From Clostridiaceae bacterium (GTDB lineage Bacteria; Bacillota; Clostridia; Saccharofermentanales; DTU023): a stretch of DNA of 64,000 bases. This document shows, one piece after another, positions 19,288-29,264 of this stretch. The first letter of the stretch is position 1; each line of letters starts with the position of its first letter. The notes under the pieces were generated by a model. It saw only the letters and a program-made list of their open reading frames with translations, was not told the DNA's origin and did not search any database. A program made the translations under genes and the position numbers. The DNA lies in assembly GCA_012841015.1 (NCBI GenBank), contig DUVN01000006.1, positions 61,472-125,471 on the forward strand. Direction: 5' to 3'.

Positions 19288-20937
19288 ATGATTCATCGCG
19301 TCGAGATAGACAATTTTGCGCTGGTGGAGCATTCTGGGTTGAGTTTTGGCGCGGGATTAACAGTTTTATCTGGTGAAACGGGAGCGGGCAAATCGATTGT
19401 CGTCGACGCGCTGGATTTTGCTATTGGTGGTCGTAGTGATCGTACAATGTTGCGATCTGGTGCTGAAGAAGCGATTATTTCGGTGTTGTTTGTTGACGAG
19501 AGGAGAGAGCAAGGCGATGAGCTTATCGTCACGCGTGGATTGAGAGATAACAGCAGAAGTTACGCCAAGATCAATGGTCACCTCGTTACAGTGGCTGAGT
19601 TACGAGCGACAACAGAACGGCTTGTCGCAATTCATAGCCAAAATGATCAGCAATCTATTTTCAGAGAATCAGTTCACCAGACGTTACTAGACGCTTTTGG
19701 AGGGGAACCGGTCGAGCAGGCGCTTACTTCCTACACATCAAAGTACGAAGAATTACGAATAATAGAGAAGCGTTTAGAGGAACTTTTTTCAGATCCTGAA
19801 ACGCGCGAACGCAGGCGCAACATTCTCCAGTATCAAGTTGAAGAAATTGAAGGGGCAGAAATCGTACCCGGCGAGGAAGAACAACTTTTAAAGAAGATTC
19901 GTACAGCGTCAGCTGTCATTGAAATCGCGACGTTTATCGGTCAGGCGATGACCGACCTGTCAGGTGACGATGAACAGTCGATACAAGTACGTCTTGGACG
20001 CGTCATTGCCAACTTGAATGCTGCCTCAAAGCATAGTGCATACATGCAGGACATTCGCGATCGTGCCGAATCTCTGCGCTGTGAACTGACAGAGATGATC
20101 ATCGATTTGGAGCGAGTTTACGAGAAACTCGACGTTCGTCCTGATGAAATGGAGCGCGCGAGCGCGCGATTAAATATACTCAGACGATTACAAGACAAGT
20201 ATGGCGATGACCTCAACACCGTCATCGCATATGGACAGAAGGCGCGACGGGAGCTCGATCGACTCAATCGGACTGAAGAGGAGCTTGCTTCCCTTATCGA
20301 TCGGAAAAATGAACTCTTAAACGCCATGAATCAGTCGGCAGATAGATTATTATGCGTGAGAAAAGCCTGCGCCGCCGAGCTCTCACGATTGATCAACGCC
20401 GAACTTCATGATCTCAATATGAAAAATGCGTCCTTTGAAGTATCTATTGAAGCTTTGTCTATTGACGAAAATCACGCTCCAGCTGATCCGCAGACGGTGA
20501 GATTCAATATTGCTCCAAACCCGGGTGAGCCGCTGATGCCATTGATTTCGATCGTGTCGGGCGGCGAGGCGTCGCGTGTCCTGCTCGCGATCAAGACAGT
20601 TCTCGCGTCTGTCGACAATGTACCGACGTTAATCTTTGACGAGATCGATACAGGAATTAGCGGCAAGACGACGACAATGATAGCTCATAAATTGAAATCG
20701 ATCGCGGAGCACTGTCAAGTTATCTGCGTCACGCACAGCGCGCAGATCGCAGCAATTGCTGACCGACACTTACTGATTGGCAAAGTTGTCGAGGGTGGGC
20801 GCACAAGGACGACTGTTCAGCACATTGATGGTGAAGATCGGATCAGAGAAGTGGCGCGCCTCCTTTCAGGGAGGCCAGATGATAGCGCTTCTCGTGTATT
20901 AGCCGGGCAATTGATTGAGGGGAGGGGCGATCATTGA
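19288..20937 (+). CDS. recN: DNA repair protein RecN
   Basis: GETGAGKS, coiled coil, SGGE, IFDEIDTG and VTH. Confidence 0.96.
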   Translation: MIHRVEIDNFALVEHSGLSFGAGLTVLSGETGAGKSIVVDALDFAIGGRSDRTMLRSGAEEAIISVLFVDERREQGDELIVTRGLRDNSRSYAKINGHLVTVAELRATTERLVAIHSQNDQQSIFRESVHQTLLDAFGGEPVEQALTSYTSKYEELRIIEKRLEELFSDPETRERRRNILQYQVEEIEGAEIVPGEEEQLLKKIRTASAVIEIATFIGQAMTDLSGDDEQSIQVRLGRVIANLNAASKHSAYMQDIRDRAESLRCELTEMIIDLERVYEKLDVRPDEMERASARLNILRRLQDKYGDDLNTVIAYGQKARRELDRLNRTEEELASLIDRKNELLNAMNQSADRLLCVRKACAAELSRLINAELHDLNMKNASFEVSIEALSIDENHAPADPQTVRFNIAPNPGEPLMPLISIVSGGEASRVLLAIKTVLASVDNVPTLIFDEIDTGISGKTTTMIAHKLKSIAEHCQVICVTHSAQIAAIADRHLLIGKVVEGGRTRTTVQHIDGEDRIREVARLLSGRPDDSASRVLAGQLIEGRGDH

Positions 20938-20962
20938 TTCAAAACGAATAAAACTCTATGAT
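20934..20962 (+). promoter_or_regulatory. Putative sigmaA promoter for hutH
   Basis: TTGATT-17 bp-TATGAT, with an overlapping TGaTAATAT (20959-20967). Confidence 0.45.
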
Positions 20963-20972
20963 AATATTTGAG

Positions 20973-22538
20973 ATGACTGTTCGGGAGGGGGATGCCGATC
21001 AGGCAGATGGCAGTATGGAATATGAAAATACATTAGAATTTCTTATGATTAACGGCGAGGATCTGACGCTTGAAGATGTCAGAGAGGTCGCCGTTTTTGG
21101 GCGTAAAATAATGATTGCCGCTGATGCTCGTAAGCGTATGGAGGAGTCATACGCTCTCGTCGGTGAGATATTGAGAAGTGGAAAGGCAACGTATGGTATT
21201 TCGACAGGGTTTGGCGAATTCAGTCGTGTGTATCTCTCGGAAGACCAAAACAATAGACTGCAGCTCAACTTAATTCGAAGTCATGCATCGGGGGCGGGGA
21301 GACCGTTCGATGTGAAGACAGTGCGCGCGATCATGTTGCTGCGCCTCAACGCTCTGTGTGTTGGTTTTTCCGGTGTTAATCCTGATATTGTTGATTTACT
21401 CGTTTCTTTTCTAAACCTCGGTATCACGCCGCTGATCCCTGAACAGGGGTCACTTGGTGCGTCAGGAGACTTGGCTAACTTGGCGCACATGTCACTCGTG
21501 TTAGTTGGCGAGGGACGCGCTATTGTCGATGGTATTGAGATGAGTGGGCAAGCCGCACTGGAAGCGCGCCATTTGACTCCCATGAAGCTGTCTGGCAAGG
21601 ATGGTCTTGCTCTTATTAATGGGACAGCCGTTATGCTCGGTGTCGGGACGCTTGCATACTTAGAGGCTGAAGATGTTCTTATTGCTGCGAATGGAGCAGC
21701 TGCACTTACATTTGAGGCGTTACACGGGTTTAGAAGCGCATACGATCAGAGAGTACACGAACTGCGTAAACAGAAAGGACAAATGCAAGTTGCTTCTGTC
21801 ATGCGCCAACTTCTCGAGGGTTCGGACTACGCAGACACCCGTAAAGAAGACGTGCAGGACGCTTATACGCTTCGCTGCGTTCCCCAAGTGCATGGCGCTT
21901 CGCTTGATGCGATGCGCTATGTCAGGGAAGTGTTATCGTCTGAAGCTAATGCTGTGACAGACAATCCTCTCGTCTTTTCAAAGACGGGTGAAGTAATCTC
22001 GGGTGGTAATTTTCACGGACAACCACTCGCTTTAGCGCTTGATTTTCTAGGTATCGCTGTCGCAGAGCTCGCAAATATCAGCGAGCGCCGGACGGAGCGT
22101 CTTGTCAATCCACAGTTGTCGGGGCTACCGGCTTTTCTCGTCAAGAATGGTGGCGTTCAATCTGGATTTATGATTCCACAGTATGTTGCAGCGTCTCTCG
22201 TGTCTGAGAATAAAGTCTTGGCGCACCCAGCCAGTGTCGATTCGATCCCTTCTTCGGCGAATAAGGAAGATCACGTCAGCATGGGAGCATTTGCTGCACG
22301 CAAAGTTAGAACGATTATCGAGAATACGCGTCGAGTGATTGCGATTGAGCTCATGTGCGCAGCACAGGCAATTGATCTGCAAGAAAAGCGACAATTAGGT
22401 AAGGGGACAGGGAGGATTTATGAGCTTGTGCGCCAGACGATTCCTGTCTTGACGGAGGACCGTTCTCTTTCAGGCGATATCGAGGCCATTGCAAAGCTGA
22501 TTGTATGTGGAAAAATGACCAATATTTTGCGATTCTGA
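20973..22538 (+). CDS. hutH: Histidine ammonia-lyase
   Basis: YGISTGFG, MIO-forming GSLGASGDLA, VQDAYTLRC, SGGNFHGQP and EDHVSM. Start uncertain (20958, 20973 or 21015). Confidence 0.95.
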   Translation: MTVREGDADQADGSMEYENTLEFLMINGEDLTLEDVREVAVFGRKIMIAADARKRMEESYALVGEILRSGKATYGISTGFGEFSRVYLSEDQNNRLQLNLIRSHASGAGRPFDVKTVRAIMLLRLNALCVGFSGVNPDIVDLLVSFLNLGITPLIPEQGSLGASGDLANLAHMSLVLVGEGRAIVDGIEMSGQAALEARHLTPMKLSGKDGLALINGTAVMLGVGTLAYLEAEDVLIAANGAAALTFEALHGFRSAYDQRVHELRKQKGQMQVASVMRQLLEGSDYADTRKEDVQDAYTLRCVPQVHGASLDAMRYVREVLSSEANAVTDNPLVFSKTGEVISGGNFHGQPLALALDFLGIAVAELANISERRTERLVNPQLSGLPAFLVKNGGVQSGFMIPQYVAASLVSENKVLAHPASVDSIPSSANKEDHVSMGAFAARKVRTIIENTRRVIAIELMCAAQAIDLQEKRQLGKGTGRIYELVRQTIPVLTEDRSLSGDIEAIAKLIVCGKMTNILRF

Positions 22539-22627
22539 CGCTTAGACCGCATAAAGAAATGAGATGTCTGGAGAAAAGAATGGTAGAGTAGAAAGTAGAG
22601 AATAACGACCATTCAGGAGGAGTCATT

Positions 22628-23269
22628 ATGAAAGAATTCAAACATTTACCTATCTCAGATTATCTCGACCGTGCAGCTTCTAGCAGTCCGACGCCTGGGG
22701 GCGGAAGTGTCGCCTCTCTTGTCGGGGCCTTGGGTGCAGCCCTCGGCCAGATGGTCTACAATTTGACACATACAAAAAAATCATATCTTGAAAATGATGA
22801 AACGACAAAAGCCGCTGTTCAGTCGGACTACCATGCGCTTGTACGCCTTCAAAAAGATTTAACTGACTTGATTGACAAAGACATTTTGGCGTTTAACACC
22901 TTTATGGATGCGCTTTCATTGCCTAGAGCGACCGATGAAGAAAAGGTAATTCGCCGAAAAGCGATGGCGGACGCGACAGTTCTCGCTACACAAGCACCTC
23001 TTGAGACAGCGACAAAAACGTTTAAGGTATTGCAGCACCTCGGATCGCTCTCAAGGTACGGTCACAAAAACTGTATATCGGATGCCGGAGTCAGCGCTTA
23101 TCTAGCACACGCTGCCCTGAAGTCGGCTGTCATGAATGTCCGTATCAACCTTCCCGGGTTAGAGGACAAGGAATTTGCAGACAACGCCGAGCGCACGTGC
23201 ATTGTGTTGTTGGAAGAATCAGATAAGATGACGAGGGAAATTGAAGCGATTGTATACAATCGCTTGTAA
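22628..23269 (+). CDS. Formiminotetrahydrofolate cyclodeaminase / methenyl-THF cyclohydrolase (FTCD_C, FchA-like)
   Basis: AASSSPTPGGGSVASLVGALG, SDAGV and NVRINL. Strong SD. Confidence 0.9.
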   Translation: MKEFKHLPISDYLDRAASSSPTPGGGSVASLVGALGAALGQMVYNLTHTKKSYLENDETTKAAVQSDYHALVRLQKDLTDLIDKDILAFNTFMDALSLPRATDEEKVIRRKAMADATVLATQAPLETATKTFKVLQHLGSLSRYGHKNCISDAGVSAYLAHAALKSAVMNVRINLPGLEDKEFADNAERTCIVLLEESDKMTREIEAIVYNRL

Positions 23270-23287
23270 ACAGATAAGACCTTTTTA

Positions 23288-23316
23288 TTGACAATTCACC
23301 CGATCAAATTTAGACT
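23288..23316 (+). promoter_or_regulatory. sigmaA promoter of rny, followed by a 5'-UTR hairpin (23335-23361)
   Basis: TTGACA-17 bp-TAGACT. Downstream perfect stem CGTGCGAGAT/ATCTCGCACG with no U-tract. Confidence 0.7.
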
Positions 23317-23412
23317 AACCATAGAATAAACGATCGTGCGAGATTTATTCGATCTCGCACGGTGCTTGATGCATATCAAAACTTTATCGTTTTCGAAACT
23401 TGAAAATTACAT

Positions 23413-24990
23413 ATGGAGGTGATTACTATCGAATGGCTAAGTTTAGCGCTCGGTATCCTTGCCGGCGTCCTGATCGGTGTTGTGCCGACAGCGCTGTTTT
23501 ATCATAAAGGGTTTAGCAGGAAAAGCCGTGAATTAATCGAGTCAAAGAAAAAGACTGAAGAAGAAGCTGTTCTCCTTATCGGCGAAGCCGTTAAAACGGG
23601 GGAGGATAAAAAGCGTGAGATTCTCCTTTCGACGAGAGAAGAGGTTCACAAGGCCAGAATCGAATTGGAACGCGATGTGCGCGCAAAACGTCAGGAATTG
23701 ACGCGTGAACGCCAGCGGATCGATCAGAAAGAGACGGTTCTAGATCGGCGAACGCAGAGCCTTGAGGATCGAGAACGTCATCATTCGACTCGTGAGGAGG
23801 CTTTGAATGCGCGTGAGGCGGAGCTTGAGACATCTGAGGCGAAGAAGCGTGAAGAACTCGAACGTATTGCAAACCTCACCGTCGTAGAAGCACGCTCCCT
23901 TGTCTTAGAAGAGGCTGAGCGTGAGTTTCGTCGTGATATTGCGATCACGTATAAGGAGATCGAAGAAGAGGCGAAGATGAGCGCGAATGCGAAAGCGCGA
24001 GAGCTCGTCGTCAGTACGATTCAGCGCTACGCGCATGATTACGTCTCCGAGGCGACTGTCTCCGTCGTCTCACTACCCAACGAAGACATGAAGGGGCGAA
24101 TAATCGGACGCGAGGGACGGAATATTCGGACGATTGAGCAGCTGACAGGTGTTGATTTGATCATAGATGATACGCCGGAGGCGGTGATTTTGTCGAGTTT
24201 TGATCCTATCAGGCGCGAGGTTGCGCGAATAGCGATCGAAAGGCTCGTTCAAGACGGACGTATCCATCCGACTCGCATCGAAGAAATGGTGAAGAAAGCG
24301 AATCGCGATGTGGAGCATTCGATTCGTGAGGCTGGTGAACAGGCTATATTTGAGACAGGTGTGGTTGGCTTACCTGCAGAGATTGTTAAAGTTCTCGGGC
24401 GTCTCAAGTACAGGACGAGTTACGGGCAGAATGTGCTGCAACACTCGATTGAGGTATGTCGCATCGCCGGTATGCTCGCAGCGGAACTCGATCTCAACGT
24501 TATGGATGCAAAGCGTGCAGGACTTTTACACGACATAGGAAAAGCTGTCGACTTTGAGATGGAAGGTTCACATGTTGATCTTGGGAGTGAAATTGCTCGA
24601 CGATATAAACTCGATCCGATTGTTATCAACAGCATCGAATCTCACCACGATGATGTGGAGCCTGAGTCATTGATCGCTTGTCTCGTCTCGGCTGCAGATG
24701 CCATATCAGCGGCTCGGCCGGGAGCGCGAAGAGAAAACATTGAGACGTATATCAAACGTATCGAGAAGCTCGAAGAACTCGCTCAAGCAGTGCCAGGTGT
24801 TGAGAAGAGTTACGCTGTGCAGGCTGGTCGTGAAATTCGAGTTATGGTTTTGCCGGATAGTGTCTCCGATGAGGAGATGCCATTACTCGTGCATGAGCTC
24901 TGTCAGACGATCGAACGTGAACTTCATTTTCCGGGTCAGATTAAAGTCAATATGATCAGAGAAAGTCGTTACAGCGAATATGCCAAATAG
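23413..24990 (+). CDS. rny: Ribonuclease Y
   Basis: N-terminal TM, coiled coil, KH ([13 protein letters not shown]), HD (LLHDIGK) and [12 protein letters not shown]. The true start may be ATC 23428 (see findings). Confidence 0.97.
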   Translation: MEVITIEWLSLALGILAGVLIGVVPTALFYHKGFSRKSRELIESKKKTEEEAVLLIGEAVKTGEDKKREILLSTREEVHKARIELERDVRAKRQELTRERQRIDQKETVLDRRTQSLEDRERHHSTREEALNAREAELETSEAKKREELERIANLTVVEARSLVLEEAEREFRRDIAITYKEIEEEAKMSANAKARELVVSTIQRYAHDYVSEATVSVVSLPNEDMKGRIIGREGRNIRTIEQLTGVDLIIDDTPEAVILSSFDPIRREVARIAIERLVQDGRIHPTRIEEMVKKANRDVEHSIREAGEQAIFETGVVGLPAEIVKVLGRLKYRTSYGQNVLQHSIEVCRIAGMLAAELDLNVMDAKRAGLLHDIGKAVDFEMEGSHVDLGSEIARRYKLDPIVINSIESHHDDVEPESLIACLVSAADAISAARPGARRENIETYIKRIEKLEELAQAVPGVEKSYAVQAGREIRVMVLPDSVSDEEMPLLVHELCQTIERELHFPGQIKVNMIRESRYSEYAK

Positions 24991-25063
24991 GTATAAGGAC
25001 ATCGTCGGCCTTAAATCGATCATCATAACGTTATCGGCAGGTACAAGCGTGATAATCAGTGGT

Positions 25064-25119
25064 AAGCAGGCTGTCGCTTCTACTCAAAATGAGTTGAAGC
25101 GACAGCCTGCTTTATCTTT
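25064..25119 (+). terminator. Long hairpin / terminator after rny
   Basis: AAGCAGGCTGTCGCTTC...GAAGCGACAGCCTGCTT perfect 17-bp stem plus an inner ACTCA/TGAGT, followed by TATCTTT. Confidence 0.7.
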
Positions 25120-25183
25120 CCTCAAAACGTTACGGTGTGTTAGGCTTATTCTAATTCATACTTTTTTAGGAAAGAGGAAGTCG

Positions 25184-26968
25184 TTGAAAAGATTTGCTGT
25201 AATCGTATTGAGTGTCCTGTACGTGGTGTCGATTATGTCGTGTGCGCCTGTCTCTGATGGAGCGCTTTCCACGACAGTCCCCACATACAGTGATTCAATT
25301 GAAACACTACCCCCGCCTAGCGGATGCCGAGCATCGACGGAATTGCGTGCCGCCATTCGTTTAGAATCGAATATGAACCCACTCTACCCGAAGCACTACG
25401 CGACGAGATCGCTTCTAGCACTCGTTTATGAGCCACTTTTTAAGGTCGATCATGAGGGGAAGATCATTCCTGTTCTCGCTAATTCAGTCTCGTACGATGT
25501 TGCTACGACGACGTACCGCATTCAGATTGACAATCAAAAAACATTTCATAGTGGCAAAAAGTTGACTGTCCAAGATGTTAAGGCGTCGCTCCTCAAGACA
25601 ATCAGCCTCATGACGGAGAACCTACCTCCGACAGAAGACGGAAACGATGGAAAATCACTGACAGCAGAGAATTATGCTACGAGTGAAAAGCAACCAGCGG
25701 CAAAACTTGACACTGGTAGTCTAAGCGCTTCGTATAAGGATGGCTCTGTTTTTCAAGCAGAACCCTTTTCCTTTATGACAGCTGCGAAGAAAAATGAATA
25801 TAGAAACATCCGACTCGTTTCGACGGAAGGCCTCGATACACTTATCTTAGAATTGAAAAATCATGACCCTCATATTCTTGACCTCCTTACATTCCCGATT
25901 ATTCCTGAGTCTCATATCAATGACCTCTCCATGAACCCTATTTCTGGAAGCGGTGCGTGGAAAGTGATCTCGACGGAAGACGGTCGTCTTGTAAAACTTG
26001 AACGCGTCTCACCTGGAACTGGGATCAGACACATTTCGGCAAAAGCATTTGATAGCGCGGCACTTGCAATGGAGGCTTTTGACAAGGGTGATATTGATGT
26101 GCTCGTTCTAGATGTTTCAGAGACGTCGCTTTTCGCTGATCGGACGAGAATTAGAAAACAACGCATTGATTACCCGGGATATATCTCACTTTTCTTCCGC
26201 GGAAGTAATCATGAGTCTGCTCTTTTATGGCGCAACTACATGCTGCGCGAGATTAAGTCAGATTCGAAGGGAGATTTCTTCGCTGCACCTTTTGCATGCG
26301 CTTTCTACCCGCTCCTTCCAGGAGATTTTAGACAGCAGCACGCGGTAATTCCTGAGTACCAAATTGGCGACTTGCCAGCGCTTGAGTTGCCGGAAAATGA
26401 ACAGGAGACGACTGGGACAACAGACGATGCAGGTGCGCCGTCGCCTACGATTCCCGATACGCGTGAGCCTTTTGTCTTGCTTTTGCCGGAAGGATTTACT
26501 CCATATCGGCTCGTTGAAAACATCGGAGCATGTGTGGCGCGCTTGGGGAGAAGATTCATACCAGTCCACGTGGCAAAAGAGGCATGGGCGGAGAAACTTC
26601 GCAAAGGCTCATACGATGCGGCATTGCTTGTTGATGTAAGTCTCACTTTTTTGGATCCTGTCGATTACCTCGAAGGGCTGCAGCATGCAAAATTATTTGA
26701 TTGGACGGAATATGTCGCTCCTGATGATGTCATTGCTCTGAGAGAGGTGCAGCATTTAGTCTCTTCTTTTGGAGATGAACGTCAAGATACATTCTCAGGG
26801 AGCGCGTATGCTCAATCTATATCACGTACTTTCTCGATATTACCTGTGCTTGGTCTCGCCATTCCTGAGACTATGGTATTGTACGGATGTGATGTAGAGA
26901 ACACGATGGCAGGCATCTGGCACTCGCCCTATGACAATGTAGAGGAGCTCGTAGTATGGAGTCCGTAA
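25184..26968 (+). CDS. Family-5 (peptide/nickel) ABC substrate-binding-like lipoprotein
   Basis: TTG 25184 with AGAGGAAG SD, signal peptide II ending IMS-C, MNPL..LVYEPLF.VD..G.IIP.LA..TFHSG..LT..DV..S and PI.GSGAWK. Confidence 0.75.
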   Translation: MKRFAVIVLSVLYVVSIMSCAPVSDGALSTTVPTYSDSIETLPPPSGCRASTELRAAIRLESNMNPLYPKHYATRSLLALVYEPLFKVDHEGKIIPVLANSVSYDVATTTYRIQIDNQKTFHSGKKLTVQDVKASLLKTISLMTENLPPTEDGNDGKSLTAENYATSEKQPAAKLDTGSLSASYKDGSVFQAEPFSFMTAAKKNEYRNIRLVSTEGLDTLILELKNHDPHILDLLTFPIIPESHINDLSMNPISGSGAWKVISTEDGRLVKLERVSPGTGIRHISAKAFDSAALAMEAFDKGDIDVLVLDVSETSLFADRTRIRKQRIDYPGYISLFFRGSNHESALLWRNYMLREIKSDSKGDFFAAPFACAFYPLLPGDFRQQHAVIPEYQIGDLPALELPENEQETTGTTDDAGAPSPTIPDTREPFVLLLPEGFTPYRLVENIGACVARLGRRFIPVHVAKEAWAEKLRKGSYDAALLVDVSLTFLDPVDYLEGLQHAKLFDWTEYVAPDDVIALREVQHLVSSFGDERQDTFSGSAYAQSISRTFSILPVLGLAIPETMVLYGCDVENTMAGIWHSPYDNVEELVVWSP

Positions 26969-27549
26969 TCATCCTGATACTGATCGCGCTCGATCAATGG
27001 ACAAAAGGATTAGCCGAGCGTCTCATCGGAGAGACAGGTTGTGTAGTCGTTATACCGCATTTCTTCGAGCTGCGTCTGACGTACAATAAGGGTGCCGCCT
27101 GGAGTTTTCTCTCTAATAAAACGTGGGGTATTATTTTCCTCAGTGCTGTTTCACTCATGATCACGCTATCACTTCTCTATGTTTTGAAACATTCGACAGG
27201 AAAGCGCATGCGCCTCGTCTTATCGCTTATCATCTCCGGCAGTATTGGCAATTTAATCGACAGGCTACGCGTGGGTGCAGTTGCCGATTTTTTGTCGTTT
27301 ACTTTTGGCGACTATGTATTTCCTACATTCAATGTAGCGGACTCACTCATCACGGTCGGTACCGTTCTTCTCATTATTTTTGCCATATTCGACCGGAAAT
27401 TTTTAGACGGCTTTTCTGTCTTGAAGCTGACGAGATGGCAGCGAGGCCGTGGTGCTAGTACGAACGATGAGTCTTCAGATGAATGCGATAAAAGTAGGGA
27501 CCAAAGCACTCCTGATGTACCTTTATCTCAGGACAAATCAGGTGAATGA
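26956..27549 (+). CDS. lspA: Lipoprotein signal peptidase II
   Basis: DQWTK, NKGAAWS, GNLIDR, VADF and FNVAD. Confidence 0.95.
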   Translation: MESVIILILIALDQWTKGLAERLIGETGCVVVIPHFFELRLTYNKGAAWSFLSNKTWGIIFLSAVSLMITLSLLYVLKHSTGKRMRLVLSLIISGSIGNLIDRLRVGAVADFLSFTFGDYVFPTFNVADSLITVGTVLLIIFAIFDRKFLDGFSVLKLTRWQRGRGASTNDESSDECDKSRDQSTPDVPLSQDKSGE

Positions 27550-28487
27550 TGATGAAGCATGAAACATTTGTCGTTCAAATAGAAGAAAGCGGGATGAGGA
27601 TTGATAAATTACTGGCAATTCGCTTTTCTTCAGTATCAAGGGAGCGATGGCAGACTCAGATCAAAGACGGGCTCGTCACCGTCAATGGCAAAAAAGTGGC
27701 TCCGTCACGTAAACTTCAAGCGGGCGATCGCATTGACGGGGAAATACCTAGAGAAGTCGTTCAAGAAGAGCCAAAACCTGAACAAGTACCCGTAACGGTC
27801 CTCTACGAGGATGCGTGGTTCGCGATTGTCGAGAAGGAGGCGGGTGTTGTCGTACATCCGAGCTTTGGCCATGAAACGGGGACACTAGTTAATGCGTTGC
27901 TCGCGCGGTTTGCAGACAGGTTATCTGACGCTGGAGAAGCCCATCGTCCCGGCATCGTACACCGTCTCGACAAGGGTACGTCGGGTCTTCTCATTGTAAC
28001 ACTTGACAATCAGGCGCACGTGCGTCTAGCGCGTGCTTTTCGAGAACGCACGGTAGAGAGGTACTACGATGCGATTGTGCACGGTGTTCCCGATTCAGAG
28101 TTCGGTTTGATCGATGTACCGATCGGTCGTGCGAAGGTTGGACGCATGAGGATGGAAGTTCGTGCAGACGGAAAGCAATCACAGACGCGTTTTGAGGTGG
28201 TTGGGTCAGATGGCAAGACAACTCATCTGAACTGTAGGCTCATCACAGGCAGGACACATCAGATACGTGTACATCTTGCCTATATTGGGCACCCCGTCAT
28301 CGGAGATCTTTTATATGGTGGTCATCGAGCACAGGGCGATGATTGTGACGCTTTGCTACTTCACGCATCGCGTATCGTGTTCAATCATCCGATCACAGGC
28401 GAACATATCGATGTTAACTGCCCTCTTCCCGAACGTTTTCAGCCTTTTCTACAGAGTTTTCGTTCGCACCTTGCCCGTGGGCGCTGA
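27546..28487 (+). CDS. rluD: RluA/RluD-family pseudouridine synthase with S4 domain
   Basis: S4 (RIDKLL..SRE), HRLDKGTSG and TGRTHQIRVH. Confidence 0.92.
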   Translation: MMMKHETFVVQIEESGMRIDKLLAIRFSSVSRERWQTQIKDGLVTVNGKKVAPSRKLQAGDRIDGEIPREVVQEEPKPEQVPVTVLYEDAWFAIVEKEAGVVVHPSFGHETGTLVNALLARFADRLSDAGEAHRPGIVHRLDKGTSGLLIVTLDNQAHVRLARAFRERTVERYYDAIVHGVPDSEFGLIDVPIGRAKVGRMRMEVRADGKQSQTRFEVVGSDGKTTHLNCRLITGRTHQIRVHLAYIGHPVIGDLLYGGHRAQGDDCDALLLHASRIVFNHPITGEHIDVNCPLPERFQPFLQSFRSHLARGR

Positions 28488-28507
28488 CGATAGAGTATTC
28501 TTATCGT

Positions 28508-29233
28508 ATGAAAAGCACAAAGTTGAAAAGAGTGTTGGCTGTCTTAACTGCTCTGTTGATCGGTATCAGTATTGCATCTGTCGTGAAACACTGGACATTG
28601 TTGGCGATGAGCGACGATAACGATGTTGAGGTGGTGCGAGCGCGCGAAGAACTCTCTTTCGAGGAAGCAAACTACCGATCACTTCAGCTAGAGAATGACC
28701 GTTTGGAAGCGCGAAAGAAACTGCTTCTTGAGGGCTTAAGCGAACAGGGTGTCCTGTCTGAGGTGATAGCAGAGCATGGCGTTTACGCTATGATTGCAGG
28801 CCTCACTGATGTGAAAGGGCCAGGTGTCATCCTAACGTTGAATGATAAATTGGAACACAACCCGTTGGATGACCCGATTGAGTCTGTCATTCACGACAGT
28901 ACGATCAACTATGTCGTTAATCTCCTTTGGGCAGGGGGAGCGCGTGCGATTTCATTTAATGACGTGAGACTTACGGCTGTGACTGAGATCAACTGTGTCG
29001 GGCCGACGATCCTAGCGTATGGCGTCAGGCAGATGCCACCGTACGTGATCTCAGCGATCGGTCCTGTTGATGAGCTCGTTGGCGCTATTCAAAGTGATTC
29101 GTATCTCGCGCGGCTCACACAACCGGAAATCGGCATCAGACTCAATATCGTAAAAGAGGCCGAAATAATCCTTCCGTCGTTTTTGAAGTCGCGTGATTAT
29201 CAGCGCTATATGGATTTGCTCGAATCGCCCTAG
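28508..29233 (+). CDS. DUF881 family protein
   Basis: TM plus coiled coil, AGLTDVKGPGV..TLND, VN.LWAGGA.AIS.N..RL and PPYVISAIG. Confidence 0.88.
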   Translation: MKSTKLKRVLAVLTALLIGISIASVVKHWTLLAMSDDNDVEVVRAREELSFEEANYRSLQLENDRLEARKKLLLEGLSEQGVLSEVIAEHGVYAMIAGLTDVKGPGVILTLNDKLEHNPLDDPIESVIHDSTINYVVNLLWAGGARAISFNDVRLTAVTEINCVGPTILAYGVRQMPPYVISAIGPVDELVGAIQSDSYLARLTQPEIGIRLNIVKEAEIILPSFLKSRDYQRYMDLLESP

Positions 29234-29264
29234 ATTGCATGGTGAAAAAACCTTTGCATGAGGT

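Noticed and set aside
24980-25183. First 68 codons of the 24980..26968 ORF
   Set aside because: They overlap the rny end and its terminator hairpin; the signal peptide and SD point to TTG 25184.
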